Source: Lophium mytilinum
Taxonomy: Eukaryota
Direction: 5' to 3'
NCBI GenBank assembly: GCA_010093605.1
Contig: MU004195.1
Location: forward strand, 1,069,566 to 1,133,565
Length of the DNA: 64,000 nt
Part shown: positions 47,147 to 59,234 of the stretch, piece by piece
How the letters are laid out: the number at the start of each line of letters is the position of its first letter
Position numbering within the stretch: position 1 is the stretch's first letter
Translations under genes and position numbers: made by a program
The notes under the pieces: generated by a model
The model's database searches: none
What the model was told of the DNA's origin: nothing
Seen by the model: the letters and a program-made list of their open reading frames with translations, nothing else

Positions 47147-48723
47147 TCAAACCTCCCCCTCCCTCCCCTTAACCTCCTCATACACCCTCTCTTCCGCCTT
47201 CGCAACCCTCTTCCCCCCCGCTGTCTGGGTATACCTCTCGCTCATCTCCGGCGCATACCCCTCCCCAGGCTTCTGCGCTGCCATCTCCGCCACCCACGCC
47301 ACATCCCCCTCCTGCACCGCGCTCGCCCACGCGTTCCGGTTCGCAGTCTGCCCGACCTGCGGGGGTGGATTCGCGGCAGCGAACGGGGTGGCAGCAGCGC
47401 GTGGCTGGGCCTCTGGGTTGCGGCCTGGGTGCGAGCGGCGCGATTTGGTGAGCTTCTGGCGGGCGGCTGGTTTGCGGGCTGGTTTCGTGTCCTTTGGTGG
47501 GGAGGGCGTGGATTGGCGTGATTTGGGGGAGATGCGGCGGGGGCGGAGGTGGAGGGGGAGGACGCGGGGGTCGGTGTCTGGTTGTGCGGAAGTTGGGTCT
47601 AAGGGAGCGGGTTTGTGGGGGCGGAGGTGTGGTGGGATGCTCTTGGGCGCGGTTTGGGTAGGTGTAGGCTTGGCTAAGGCGAGGGGCTGATTTAGTTGCA
47701 GGATTGAGGACAGGTCGAGGTCAGGCTGTCGATGGTCGATGCCGAAGAGGAGGTTTGTGAGGATGAAGAGAGGGAGGAAAGTATCCAGGCCGAAGTAATA
47801 CCAGAGCAGAAACAGCGGAGCCCACGTCAGAATCTTGGAGGCGAGCTGTCTCATGAAGTTGAGGAGTAGAATCTGACTGATTATGGCGAAGGTGTCGGCG
47901 TAAGTCTCTGAATCTTTGATCTGAGGGAACTCGCCTGCTGAGGCAGGAAGGTGTAGGAAGCTGGCCAGACGGGTCCAGTCCGGGCGAGAGATGTCGAATT
48001 CGAGGAGTCGCTTCGAAGGCACCAGGTCGCGGATACGATTGTAGTGGGCCAAGTAGACCTCGCGGGTCTCCAAACCGGCCATGTCACCGCCATAGACGTG
48101 CTTCTGAATGGTCTGAGCGCCACGAAGGAACGGACCGAAGAACTGGGCGTCATTCTTGACAATAACATTATAGGCAAGGGAGTTTTGAATGTTGGACATG
48201 GTGGAATTCATGGCCTCCAGCCATTCATCCGGGTCCCGGTTGAGAAGAATCACCTTCGCGTCCGGATATGCTTCGATGAGGTCCTCGGCAAAGTACGCGC
48301 AGGGCGCGTCGATCACGGTCTGTGATTCGAATTAGCAAGAGGAACTAAGCAGTATGTTCTCTAAGGTAAATGCTCACATCATGTCGTCCTAGAAACTTGT
48401 CAAACTCAACTCGTCCGTACTTGGGGCCGGCTGCCTGGAATTTGGCTTCCAAGGCTTCGTTCCACAGAGGGAGGTCGCGTTGGTAGTTGGCGATAGCTGT
48501 GTTCATGTTGTAGGGATCGAACCCGAGCTTGATCAACGCCGCATGCATAGCTATGAGAGTATATAGTTAGCAAGAGGGCTGAGAGAGTGGGAAATCGAGC
48601 AAACCTACAGTTCGTGCCAGTCATAGGCATTCCTAGCACCAGAACCTTCTTGATCCTGATATATTTGTTCGAATCGGCATCGATGAGGCGGTCGCCATTG
48701 ATCGGAACTCCAGCAGCGGGCAT
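47147..48723 (-). CDS. Sulfotransferase-fold P-loop protein (Sulfotransfer_4-like) with TM segment and C-terminal extension
   Basis: KVLVLGMPMTGTNS, DAPCAYFAEDLIEAYPDAKVILLNRDPDEW and HYNRIRDLVPSKRLLEF. Two introns. Confidence 0.82.
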
Positions 48724-49542
48724 CTCGGCGGTGAAATAGAGTGAAAATGTGCTTGTCGAAGCGAACGTGGCGTTGAAGAGCGGTCTTTAATCTAGCAACG
48801 TTTCTAGGTGATGGCGATGGTGCGAAGCGGGTCGAACGGCGCTGTCTGAAGCGATAGAGTGAGTGGTGTTGCTTGGGGTGAGGAAAGTCGTGAGAGTGAT
48901 GGAGTATGAGGAGTGTGTTGTGGAGGCTGTACGCTGGAAGTGAAATGAAGACAAAGCTAATGCGATTGCCGGAATAACAATGGGCCGGTAAGCATTAGAC
49001 TGGCGACGCTGACATTCTTGAAGGAAACAATAACGTCCACAAGCATAAACTTGACCATACGTCGATTCACCTTTCTTTATGCTGCCAATTTATTGACAAT
49101 TGACGACTTCCGAAGCAGAGGCAGAAGCTCAGCGATGCAAGCGAATGTAGCCTGGGCCTAAACGTTACTAGTTGGCGTGATTTTCTGGTACGCTTTTTGC
49201 GTTCTGGCTTCCTTATAACCCTCAATTGTGCGCATGCCTGGTGGACGGGAGGACCTTGGACGTAGATTACTTTTGCCTCATATTGAACGGAACTACGTCG
49301 ATGAGGGCCAACTTGATAGAAATTACACTACCTTCTAGAGATATAACGCCTCTACCAGAGGATCTCCTGACAGTGGCGTCGAGCGACCAACAGTGGGGTC
49401 GAAGCAAAAACATATCCCTGCGCCTCAATGTTTGACCCATATTGTATGCGCTATTTTCCTAGACGCCGTGTATGCGTAACGCCCGCTAAGACGCCGCTAG
49501 AAGTTGAATTAATATCAACCGAAGACCTGAGGTTCTTCCAAA

Positions 49543-50960
49543 TCACCCAAATAGCTTATTCAAAGTCCCCTTAAACCCTCTTTTCCTCTTTCCCCAACTC
49601 CAGTGCGCCTTCACCTCCGCAGCCATATCCTCCCAATCGGCTACGCCCGGTACGGTAGGGCCCATCTTGATAGCTAGGATCTCAGCAGCTAGCTTCGCAT
49701 GTCTTGTTGCTTCTTCTGCGTTCCCAACAGCAGCGTATGCCATCGCTGCATGGCCATGAGGATCGTCAAGGAATCCCTCAAGGCCCTGTTCTCTGAAGAG
49801 TTGGATGACACGCTCTGCGTCCTCGGTCGTGGCAGCCGATGCCGGTGTCCAGTCTTCAAGACTCGCTGTGAGGGTCTTGATCGTGGTCAGAATAGCGTCC
49901 GAAGCTTCATGGTTCTGGCAACGCCTGCATTGGCAAGAGAAATGGTACCCCACTTCGAGATTCCGGTGACGGAGTTCGAAGTGCGTTAGTGGATCTGAGT
50001 CTAGGAGCTGTCAGAGCGTAGTCTGATAGGATGAGAGGGGTCTTCGTTACAAGCAATGGTAATCTCTTCATCTGGTCCAATATCCCTTGTCGCATGTACA
50101 ACGTGCGTTAACGTTGCCCCGTCAAGGTAATACTGAGCACTATCGCCTATTAGTGATTGAGCATGCAATCAGACTTGATGTACATACTTCGGAGCGCAAT
50201 CATGGTTCATGCGCGAAGGTTCTGGAATTAAGGCTAGATGCATATGTCCGCCGATTTCCATCTCGAACGTGTTTGACTTTAGAACATCTTGCATGACCAC
50301 CATCGGATTGTTGTAGAACTTTGTGAGACTTAAATATGAGTCCCTGGTGGCGGCGGGTAGCTGAATGACTGCAATCTTGAGGAACTTTTCGCGTTGCAGT
50401 GTTGATAGTTGCGGGTCCATATAGACAAGCAGCGCGGGTGTATAGGCGGATAAGAGCTCTCCACTCTTAATGCTGCGCTTAGCTAACATGGCAATACCTT
50501 TTCCTGGAAGAGCGTCGGTGTACCAGACATTTGTGTGATCGTTGACGCCTAATCCCTCAACCTCCCAAAATGGCGATAGAGAGGCGAATTCTTCAGCTAT
50601 CCGGGGCGTTGTGAAGATTGAGATACCCCTTCCTCTATCAAAACTCGCGGCTGTGTACACACATAGCTCGCTTTCGAGCTCGTCGATATAAAAGGTGCAG
50701 ACCGGCTCATGTGACCATGGCACTGCATCCTCCAAAAGGTCGTCGTTTAGGTCCAATGCACTAGCGATAGGCATCTGTTCCTTACGGTCAAGTCGAGCAA
50801 TGCCATCGCTCGATATGTTCTCAGAGCATGCTAGTTCAGAATTTGCAACCAATGGATCACTAAGACACCGTTGGCTTGGGAGATCAAGGGGTGAGTTCGA
50901 AGAAGCGGCATTGACTGAAAGGAAAAGGCCAAAAGCCTTGATGGAGACTGATAACAACAT
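49543..50960 (-). CDS. SET-domain protein with post-SET Cys cluster and TPR-like tail; possible signal peptide
   Basis: GKGIAMLAKRSIKSGE, SRMNHDCAPNA, ATRDIGPDEEITIAY and FSCQCRRC. Two introns. Start at 50960 or 50996. Confidence 0.85.
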
Positions 50961-51917
50961 GATGAGTGTATTTTCTGGACAAGAGGTTGAGGACATCCAT
51001 TCTTAAGAGGACGTTGAGGGCGACCCCTGATGTTGGGGATCTGGTTTCAGATGATGTTTGAGGAGGTTCCGAAGCGCTGAGGTTAGGAGATGGCGCTAAG
51101 ACATAATTGGCTAGCACCCCCACGATGCCCACTTCGGCTGGTAACACTCTCGTTCCCAACGTTCTATCATGAAGGACCTTTTTCAAAATTGACATTACCT
51201 AGAAAATTCCGCTTTGCAAATTGATGAGCTGTGCAGCTGTCGAGGGTTATAGTGCTATAGGACAGTTCTACTCTCTTTCTCGAAGCATCTTCTGCTTCCA
51301 CATGATGTGCTAGCCTACCTCAGACAACGGAAGGAATGGCCAATCAAATGCATTTGCCTCCGCTCTAATCTGTGCTGCCTAGGATTTTACATCTTCTCTC
51401 AATTCTTTTTGATGCGCTGGACTACCTCAGACAGTGACAAGCAAATAAAAAAGTCAAGCAAATACGTTGTCGAACAGGCCCCAGTCAAATTGTCAAGCTT
51501 AGTAGCGATCACAATACTAGGGCCTGAGGCTGTACAGTCAAACCTACCCCCGGTGTTGAACGCGCTTGCTAGATTCTAATAAAAGGTGGAAGTGCCCCGG
51601 ACAGTAGCACCGTAGGCCTTTAAGCGCTCAAAATCGCACGCTCTGGACAATACATTCCAAATATTGTTTATAATATTACAACGAAGTACCTCAGACAGCG
51701 GTGAACACGTTTGCACGTACATCTTCACAGGTACTACATCTATCACACTTCGTAGGAGGCATGCTCGTTACATGATCTGTGTTCAGTGTAATGATGAGGA
51801 TAGAGTCTATCTAGAAAAAAGAGGAATGATGTACACGGACTCTACAGGCCGTGCAGCTCCTGCCCGGGGTTCAAGGGGATCCCGACAGTACTGCCTCACC
51901 GGCTAGCAGATGTTCCA

Positions 51918-52808
51918 TCACTTCCCCGCTTTCCCTGTTGTCTTGCGCCAACGCTCCGCCTCAAGCTTGTCCTGGTCCGAATATCCCTTATACCCATGGT
52001 CGTTCTTCATAATGCTATAGTACCCAGCACAGCGAGTGCACCCTTCGACGTGCAGCCACTCAATCATTGGGAACGCAGCCTCGAAATTTTGCACCTCCGA
52101 CAGCTTCAGGGAGCACATATGCACACGTACGGCGGGGAGCCCATGCTCTGGACGCTGCTGGAGTTCCTCCATCGTCCCCCGTGTACAACGAGCCTGTGCG
52201 TCCATTCCTTTGCCAAAAAAGGCCGCAAAGTTCGAAGGACGAGGGTCGTTGCCCTTGCTGGATTGCAGCAGACAGATAGTCTCTTCTTTTGTACGTATCG
52301 ATATAGGAGCTAGATGCAGCTCGCGGAGGCACAGTAGCTGTGGCAGAAGCTCGACGAGCATCGCTAGATAGTATATGTCTATACGCCACGGAATGCAGGG
52401 AAGGGGGGTGGTAGGGTGTCCTCCTGGAATTGGTGTAGTCCTCAACAGTATTTTCCGAGCTTTCTGCTTGACAACATCGGGGGCATTTAGCCTCAATCCC
52501 CACTTGTTCCACACGTGGTCCCAAAACGGGAGGATAGAAAAGATGTTGTACTTAAAGAAGACTTCGTCTACTTCCTCCTTGATGGCGTGGTTGAGGCGAA
52601 ATAGGGAGACATTCACCCCCGCGGGCTTCAATGCGCCAAACCGAACGTCTAGACTGCTGGGCGCCCGAGCAAGTGGCACTAGTTCCTCTGGATCTGCAAC
52701 CATTGCGTGGAAGTATACCTCATCGCGTAGTTCTGGGGGTAGATCCATGAAGTGTGGCCCCTTGCGTTGAGGTTTGACAGCCAAGGCCCCATTGTTTGGC
52801 TCGAGCAT
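51918..52808 (-). CDS. F-box-like protein of unknown function
   Basis: HFMDLPPELRDEVYFHAM and SLFRLNHAIKEEVDEVFFKYNIF motifs. Intronless ORF. Confidence 0.7.
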   Translation of the reverse strand: MLEPNNGALAVKPQRKGPHFMDLPPELRDEVYFHAMVADPEELVPLARAPSSLDVRFGALKPAGVNVSLFRLNHAIKEEVDEVFFKYNIFSILPFWDHVWNKWGLRLNAPDVVKQKARKILLRTTPIPGGHPTTPLPCIPWRIDIYYLAMLVELLPQLLCLRELHLAPISIRTKEETICLLQSSKGNDPRPSNFAAFFGKGMDAQARCTRGTMEELQQRPEHGLPAVRVHMCSLKLSEVQNFEAAFPMIEWLHVEGCTRCAGYYSIMKNDHGYKGYSDQDKLEAERWRKTTGKAGK

Positions 52809-53309
52809 AGCTGAGTGGATGCGGATTTGGCGTGAAGGGGTGGTGTTGTGGGGCAAAGTGAGCAATGAGAGTGGTTGTGGAGGTGATTGCTGGTAGAGGA
52901 CTTGATTCGAGGACGGAGTCGACCTGGCACGTATTTATATCCCGCAAATCTGATAATTACAAGTCAATGGATCGAGCCTACGAAAGCTCGATTGGGGGCC
53001 TCTCCCGCTGTGAATGAGTCCTGACGCAGCTTGATCAGTTTTCAATCGACCTACTCGAGTGTGAACATTCACTTTCTCTATGGAGGCCTCCGCGTATATA
53101 ATCTTCTCCAAGACTAAACGTTCAATCAGTACCCACAACACTCTCCCACACACAACCACTCTTGACACCATTTATACCCCATACTGCAAACCTTCGATAC
53201 CTACAAAGACCTCTTTCACCAACGCCTCGTCAAAGCCACACTACTATCGACCATCACCCCACCACCTCTTTAGTTACAAAATCTCCTTCTAACAACTACA
53301 CGCCACACA

Positions 53310-54671
53310 ATGGGCCGGAAAGAGCGTATTGCCAAAGCTCGTAAGGCCGAGCGACAGGCCACCGAATTCAACCCTCCAGAATGGTAAGTCCAGCTCCAGG
53401 TCGAATATCTCACCGCTCATGCTCCCATCTTGCTCGCTCAATACCACTGTGAGGGGTGCCCTAGCAAGAAAGCAATCAGTCAATCAGAAGGCAAGCTGAT
53501 ATCCACTGCGTTGACCTTGACATCGTGCTTAGAGTTTTGTAAGCCTCTTGAGGCACCCCAAGCAATGGCAGCATGAGTTCAAAACATTTGAACACACCTG
53601 CTAATACACACTGCCAGGCAACCCGTCTCTCGACCCAAGCCGGAGAAACCAGAACCGCAAGAAGAAATAGAACCCCCAATCGTGATAGAACCTGGGTTCA
53701 GAAACTTCCTCGATCTCCCCCGCGAGCTTCGGGACATGGTATACGACTACCTCATCACCCCAAACCCCACCTGCCGCATCTTCCACTATCCCTCCTCTCT
53801 ACATGCCCGCTCCGCCAAAGCCCGCAGGCACGCCAAGGAATTCCGCAAAACCATCCTCCAGGAGCGCGAAGAATTGACACGCCGCAAGTACGAACAATAC
53901 TGTGACAAAGAGCGCCGAACGCACCCCAACCAATACCGCGAGCCCAAACCCACCGTTTTCCACGACGCCCTCACCGGCGTGCAGCAAAGCCTGTTCCTCG
54001 TGAACGACCAAGTCCGCTGCGAAGTCGAAGACGCGCTGTACCGCAACGCAACTTTCTTGAACAACCTCATGGCGGCCGAGAGCCAGCCCTACGCCGTCTT
54101 ACCGCCGCGTAGCTGGCTTCAGATCCGCCGGCTGGAACTCACCTTCGCGTTCCTCGACCCGATGCCCCGCTCCTATTACGACTCCTGGGAGTGGTACGAG
54201 CACCTGCCGCTGTCAAGCCATGCGCGCGGCATTCCCGCCGTCTTCGACCTTGATAAGCCGCGTGATTGCCGCCGAACCCGCCGCTGCGACGTCGCGGCGT
54301 GGGATGCGCGCGTGGTGTACGTGCTGGCGATGTTGCGTCTGCGGCGGTTGACGGTTGATATTGGGCATGCGCTGGTGGCGCATGTCAACGGTGATGCGGG
54401 CAGCTGGTATCGTGGGTACCATGTGCGCAGGGGGATGTTGGTGGTGCTGGCGAGATTGGCGAGGGCGCTGGAGGAGAGGAAAGCGGGTGGGGGTGAGGAA
54501 GTCGGGTTGGAGTTGGTGTCGAGGTATGTGGATGATGCCGATAGTAGGAGAAAGAGCGTGGAGACTTTGGTGGGGGAGCTAAAGGCGGTGCTCAAGGAAT
54601 GGGAGTTGATGGCGTGTGGGTGCTGCTTTGCGAAGAAAGGGGAGAATGGTAGGATTCTAGAGATCGATTAG
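53310..54671 (+). CDS. F-box-like protein of unknown function
   Basis: Exon 1 MGRKERIAKARKAERQATEFNPPEW, intron 53384-53617, then NFLDLPRELRDMVYDYLI and SLFLVNDQVRCEVEDALYRNATF. Confidence 0.72.
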
Positions 54672-54898
54672 TTTGAGTTCATGGTTACGACAGGCTAGAC
54701 TATGGTAGGTTGTAGCTCTTAAAGACTATGAAAACAGCCATGATCTTACAAGTAGTTAAGAAACTCCTCATTTCATCTCGGTTTACTGCGGCGTTTAGGC
54801 ACTGCGTGCGACTGTTTGGGGTGTTCTGACAGGTCTTCAATCTCTGAACACAACGTAAAAGTCGACGTAGTGGAAATTAGACTTGCCTTTTAACGTTT

Positions 54899-55102
54899 CC
54901 AATGACTGGTCGCGGCGCCCCTTACAGCGGCGTCAAGCAAGCAAGATTGTAGCTCTTATAGTGCGATAGCGGTGTCCAAATAACAACGCAAAGGGCAACG
55001 CAATGGCAATCAGACTCCCCCTTGATGTCACCAATGAATAGCCAGGGCGCCCCTCACAGCGGCGTCAAGCGAGCAAGAGTGTAGCTCTCACAGTACCATA
55101 TC
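54899..55102. repeat. Imperfect 72-bp direct repeat (54899-54970 and 55031-55102)
   Basis: Ungapped hand alignment gives 59/72 identity, period 132 bp. Confidence 0.85.
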
Positions 55103-55326
55103 CATGCGCCCAAAGTTACGGCCTAGACCCTACAATAAAACCAGAGAAATGGGGGCAGATTTTATTTATATGGAGCTCTTTTCCTACCTACGAACCTACC
55201 TGGTATCTCGCTTATCAAACAGACCTCATGCTCCTGCCCACCCATATATGCTAGCTAACCCGATCACTGGCAAAGCCCAACCACCCAGACATCCAACCCG
55301 ACTTTTCAGCATGCCCCCGCTATTGC

Positions 55327-58300
55327 TTAACCCTGCATGTAAGTCATGAGCGACTGCTTCATATCAGGCGACAGCCTCTCCTGCACTAGTTGGCCAACGC
55401 GGCCACCATGCCTCGCGTCTGCTGCCTTCAGATACTGGCCGACCCAGTTCCGGACATCAGTGATTTCCGGGAAGGAGTCTCGGGGCACCTTCTTGCAGGT
55501 GTTGAGTTGGGTGAAGCCGACGCCGAAGCCGAGATCGTCGACGTCTTGGTCGGGGACGATGTCGTCGGCGGTGGGAGGGACTGGCGGGTTGACGAGGAGT
55601 TCGAGGAGGCTCTTGCAGGTCAGGCCCCATCCTTTAGGATAGCTGCGGCTGGTCAGTAATTTGGAGGGAAGCGGGGAGGGAACAAAGCAAGACCTACCGG
55701 TCGATGAAAGCTTGGGAGTCGGTTAGGGTCATGGTGAATGAGACCACAGCAGTCTTGCGATCGAACGGTCGCGTCAACTTCTGGGTATCGGGGAGGATAA
55801 CGGTCAGATAGACGGGCTTGAAGACACTGCGAGTGTGTTAGTCACGTATAGATAGTATCCAGGTAACAATCTTACTCGTGCTGGACTTGATCTGTGATGC
55901 CGACAAAGAAGTCCGTCCCAAGACCCTTATCCTGTCTCGCAGATATGAAGTGATAGAATGCGATGAAGCGCTGGGAGAAGTTTTCCGTTTTGGAAGTGGA
56001 AAGTCGCGTCAACATCAGCTGGAGTATGGTGACGAAGTAGTTCGATAGGGCCTGGAGTGGCAAGGAGCTTATGACGGTTTCAATCAATTCGAAGGAGTGG
56101 GATTCGTGGAGTTTGGTTGAAACGAGCTTCTGGTAGATACCCAGAATTGGCTCAACCTGGTTGTCTCGGACAATGTCATCAGCCCCGCGGGGGATCATGG
56201 CAGTCAATAGCCGAACGAGGGCGGGGACATTGCCCTTTGACTCCCAAAGACTAGGCATGAGAATAGGCGCGATGAGACCTTTGTAGTAATCCGAGAGTGT
56301 GCCGGACGGGTTTGCCTCGAGAAGTGCAGCAAACAGCTGGAAAACATACGGAGCGAATTCCTGGACGTCTTCTGCAAGAATGGCTGCGAAAGGGTCGTAG
56401 AGGGCTTTTTCAAGCTTTTCTTGCTGGGTTGAAGCCGCGTACCGTATCAGTGCACCTATTCCCTCGAAGTGGAAATAGTAGAAGCGCGGGTTGCTCGGGT
56501 TGTGCCGTATGACCTTAGTGATATTGATAAAGTTTGTGAGCACGAGGTCCACAATCGGAACGACTCCCTCTCGTATGAAGATCAGCACTCTCATGACGCA
56601 CTTCATCAGGAACTCGTTCTCTTGGATCTTCTCAGGCGCTGAATCCTTCTGAATCAGATTGAAAAGGTGCGAGAGTAAGGCCTTGGAGAGAGACACTACA
56701 TCAGGCTTTGGTATAATGGGTTGTCGGGTGTCATCCGTCATGTACAAAGCCCGTTCGACAGCAATTGCAGCGTAGGTATAGACCACGTAGTTGCTTGAGC
56801 CGAGGTGATCGACCAGTAGAGGAAACGCGACGTGCCAGTACTGTGGTGTGAGCTGACTCCGGAATACGTAGACATATTTGATAGCATCAACTTTCAGGAT
56901 AGGCTCAATGCCGTTCGATGTCAGGTCCTCAGCAATGTACTTTTGGAAGAAGTCTAGAATATCCACATTCGGGTTGACGTTTGTAACTCCCTGAGCGGCT
57001 GTGGCAGTACCCTTTGCGGCAATGGCAGAGAAGAGGTAAACGGCGGTGTCCTTGGCTTTCCAATTGTTCTTGTCTTTCGCGTACTCTTGAAGGTAGTGTT
57101 CCACGTACTTAGTGACCTCTACAGTCACTAGCTTGTCGAATTGAGACATGAGTTGGCGAAGGAAGTCCGTAGCAGCTCGCCGCCGCGTATCGCTGTCCGA
57201 ACCCTCTAGATCCCGGCGAATGAACTCAATAGGCTCATCTTCGAAAAGTTCGACATCCGACTCCCGTAGCGAAAGATTTGGCAAGATGACCTTTTCTATG
57301 ACCTGACGGAGTGTTTCAGGGTCGCTGAAAGATTGTGCGTATTGAGGTATCGAGGCGACCGCGGTGAGGAATTGCAATGCTTTGCTAACTAGGATGTCGT
57401 ACTTTGTCTCCAGCCCGACAGCCATAAGGAAAGTCCAGGAGGTTTTGACGAAGTTCTCGAGCTGCGGCCCGAACGCATCCTCGTATTTCTGCGTGTACAA
57501 GATCAAGACTTCGAAAATTCCAGCCTTGACGTATTCTAGGACTCCGGATTCGCTCTCGTCGTCAGTGTGCAAAGCCGGATTATCGTAGGTGAGGTATTTG
57601 AGGAGAAGTGACGAGATATCCCCAATGTTCTCTTCAAAGACCGGGGGCAGATCTTGACATGAGAGATCGTAGAACAACTTCATTATAAGATTGAGCGTGG
57701 AGAAAGCTTCTTGTAATGCCGCGGGGTTGTTTTGTGAACTCGAGATAACGCTGTCGGTATTCTAAGCAGATGTAAGTGTCTTTCTTGTGCACGACCTTCC
57801 TACTTGTCTACTTACGATCATCAAAGTGATGAAAGGTGTGCTAAACTTGGACAGAACGTGGTTGATTTCCGTGAACAGCTCGTCGGATCTAAATAGCGGG
57901 CGCCACCGTTTGAAGATAGAGTGCGCAACTTGCAAGACACCGTTGTTGACCGCGGTATTGTTCTTCGTGAGCCGTGATATGAGGTCCTAAAGAGAGGTCA
58001 GAGTGGCGCCCTTGCGAATCAACCAGATATCCACGCACATCGACCAACGTGTCCCACTGCCGCCAAAAGTCACTCTCTGCAATTGCGCTGATAGCTTCGC
58101 CTAGCTGGGCTTGCATGTTTGGGGGCACTGAAGTCATCAGCCCGATGAGTTCCTGCTTGATCGCCACCACCTCGTTCGCGGGCAGCTTGTAGTTTCCCTC
58201 CTCGTCCTAAGATTTGTGAGCCTGTGCTTTTATGGTGTCTTTCGGAGGTTGGAGATGTACCGTCCATGTTCGCTTTATGAAGTTCTTGAAGTAGAGAGCG

Positions 58301-58645
58301 CTGGATAACCTCACGGTCGGAGGAAACGACTCAGTCGCAACAATTTGGAGGAGGGCGAGGGAGAAACCAGGCTTTGCTGCCTCTGCCGAAATGGCGGCCT
58401 CCGCTGTGCAGTGTCAGTAAGACTCCACAAAAGGAAGGAACAGAGAAGAGGCTTCGCTGCATTTGGGACGGCAATCCTGTCAGGAAAAGCTACGCTATGC
58501 GCTCGCCATAAGGGCATGCCAGACCCCGATATAGACGTTGCGCAGACGACGAAAACAATAAACAGAGCATCGTACCTTGCTTGTTCTGGCGGGGGTCCAG
58601 ACTAAGCTGGAGCAACTCCGCGATGGCGGGCAGGCCGGTCGCCAT
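55327..58645 (-). CDS. CSE1: Importin-alpha re-exporter Cse1 (exportin-2), 7 exons
   Basis: ALYFKNFIKRTW, ELFTEINHVL, FEDEPIEFIRRDLEGSDSDTRRRAATDFL, ENEFLMKCVMRV and NPSNPRFYYFHFE. Six canonical introns. Confidence 0.97.
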
Positions 58646-59234
58646 GATGGTGGAAGACAGTGGTGAAGAGGGGTGAGGGAGGCAGACAAGAAGTGGAGAG
58701 CTCAAGCAGCTGGGCGCTGTTCACAAATATTAGAATGTCCCGCCGTAGAAGTTAACCCGCGCCAAGCAGCAAGCGCGCACGGGCCAGGCCGTCGGCTTAG
58801 TGCTAAGGTTGGACCTAGAGACCCCAGCTTTCTCGTCGACGACGTGGGACGCAACACCTTCCTTTTGCTCCACTTGCGCCCCCGCCGCCCAAGACGAAGA
58901 GATTTCCTGCTGCCCTCAAAAGACCCGGATCATCCTCGCTCGCCGCAGAATACATGGGCTACTTCTACTCCCCGGTTCCACTGCTCAAGGGCCTCCATTA
59001 GTTGCGACGACATAGGGCTGAAGCTTGAGCCGTTTTGCCAGGTGCAATCACGCGCCCGTACTGGGTGTGTATTGTTGCTTTCGCTATCCTTCTGCCTATT
59101 CGCAGATACTCGCAGTGCTCAGAGTAGCATCTGAACCCTGCGCAGTCTCTACTCCCGCTATCTTTGTTTGTCACTAACTCGAACACCTCACCAGCGGGAC
59201 GTAGCAGCAGACCGCATGCGCTACGCCGAGACAT

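Noticed and set aside
54899..55102. Repeat-spacer-repeat as a CRISPR-like array
   Set aside because: Eukaryotic context, only two diverged 72-bp copies and no cas genes.
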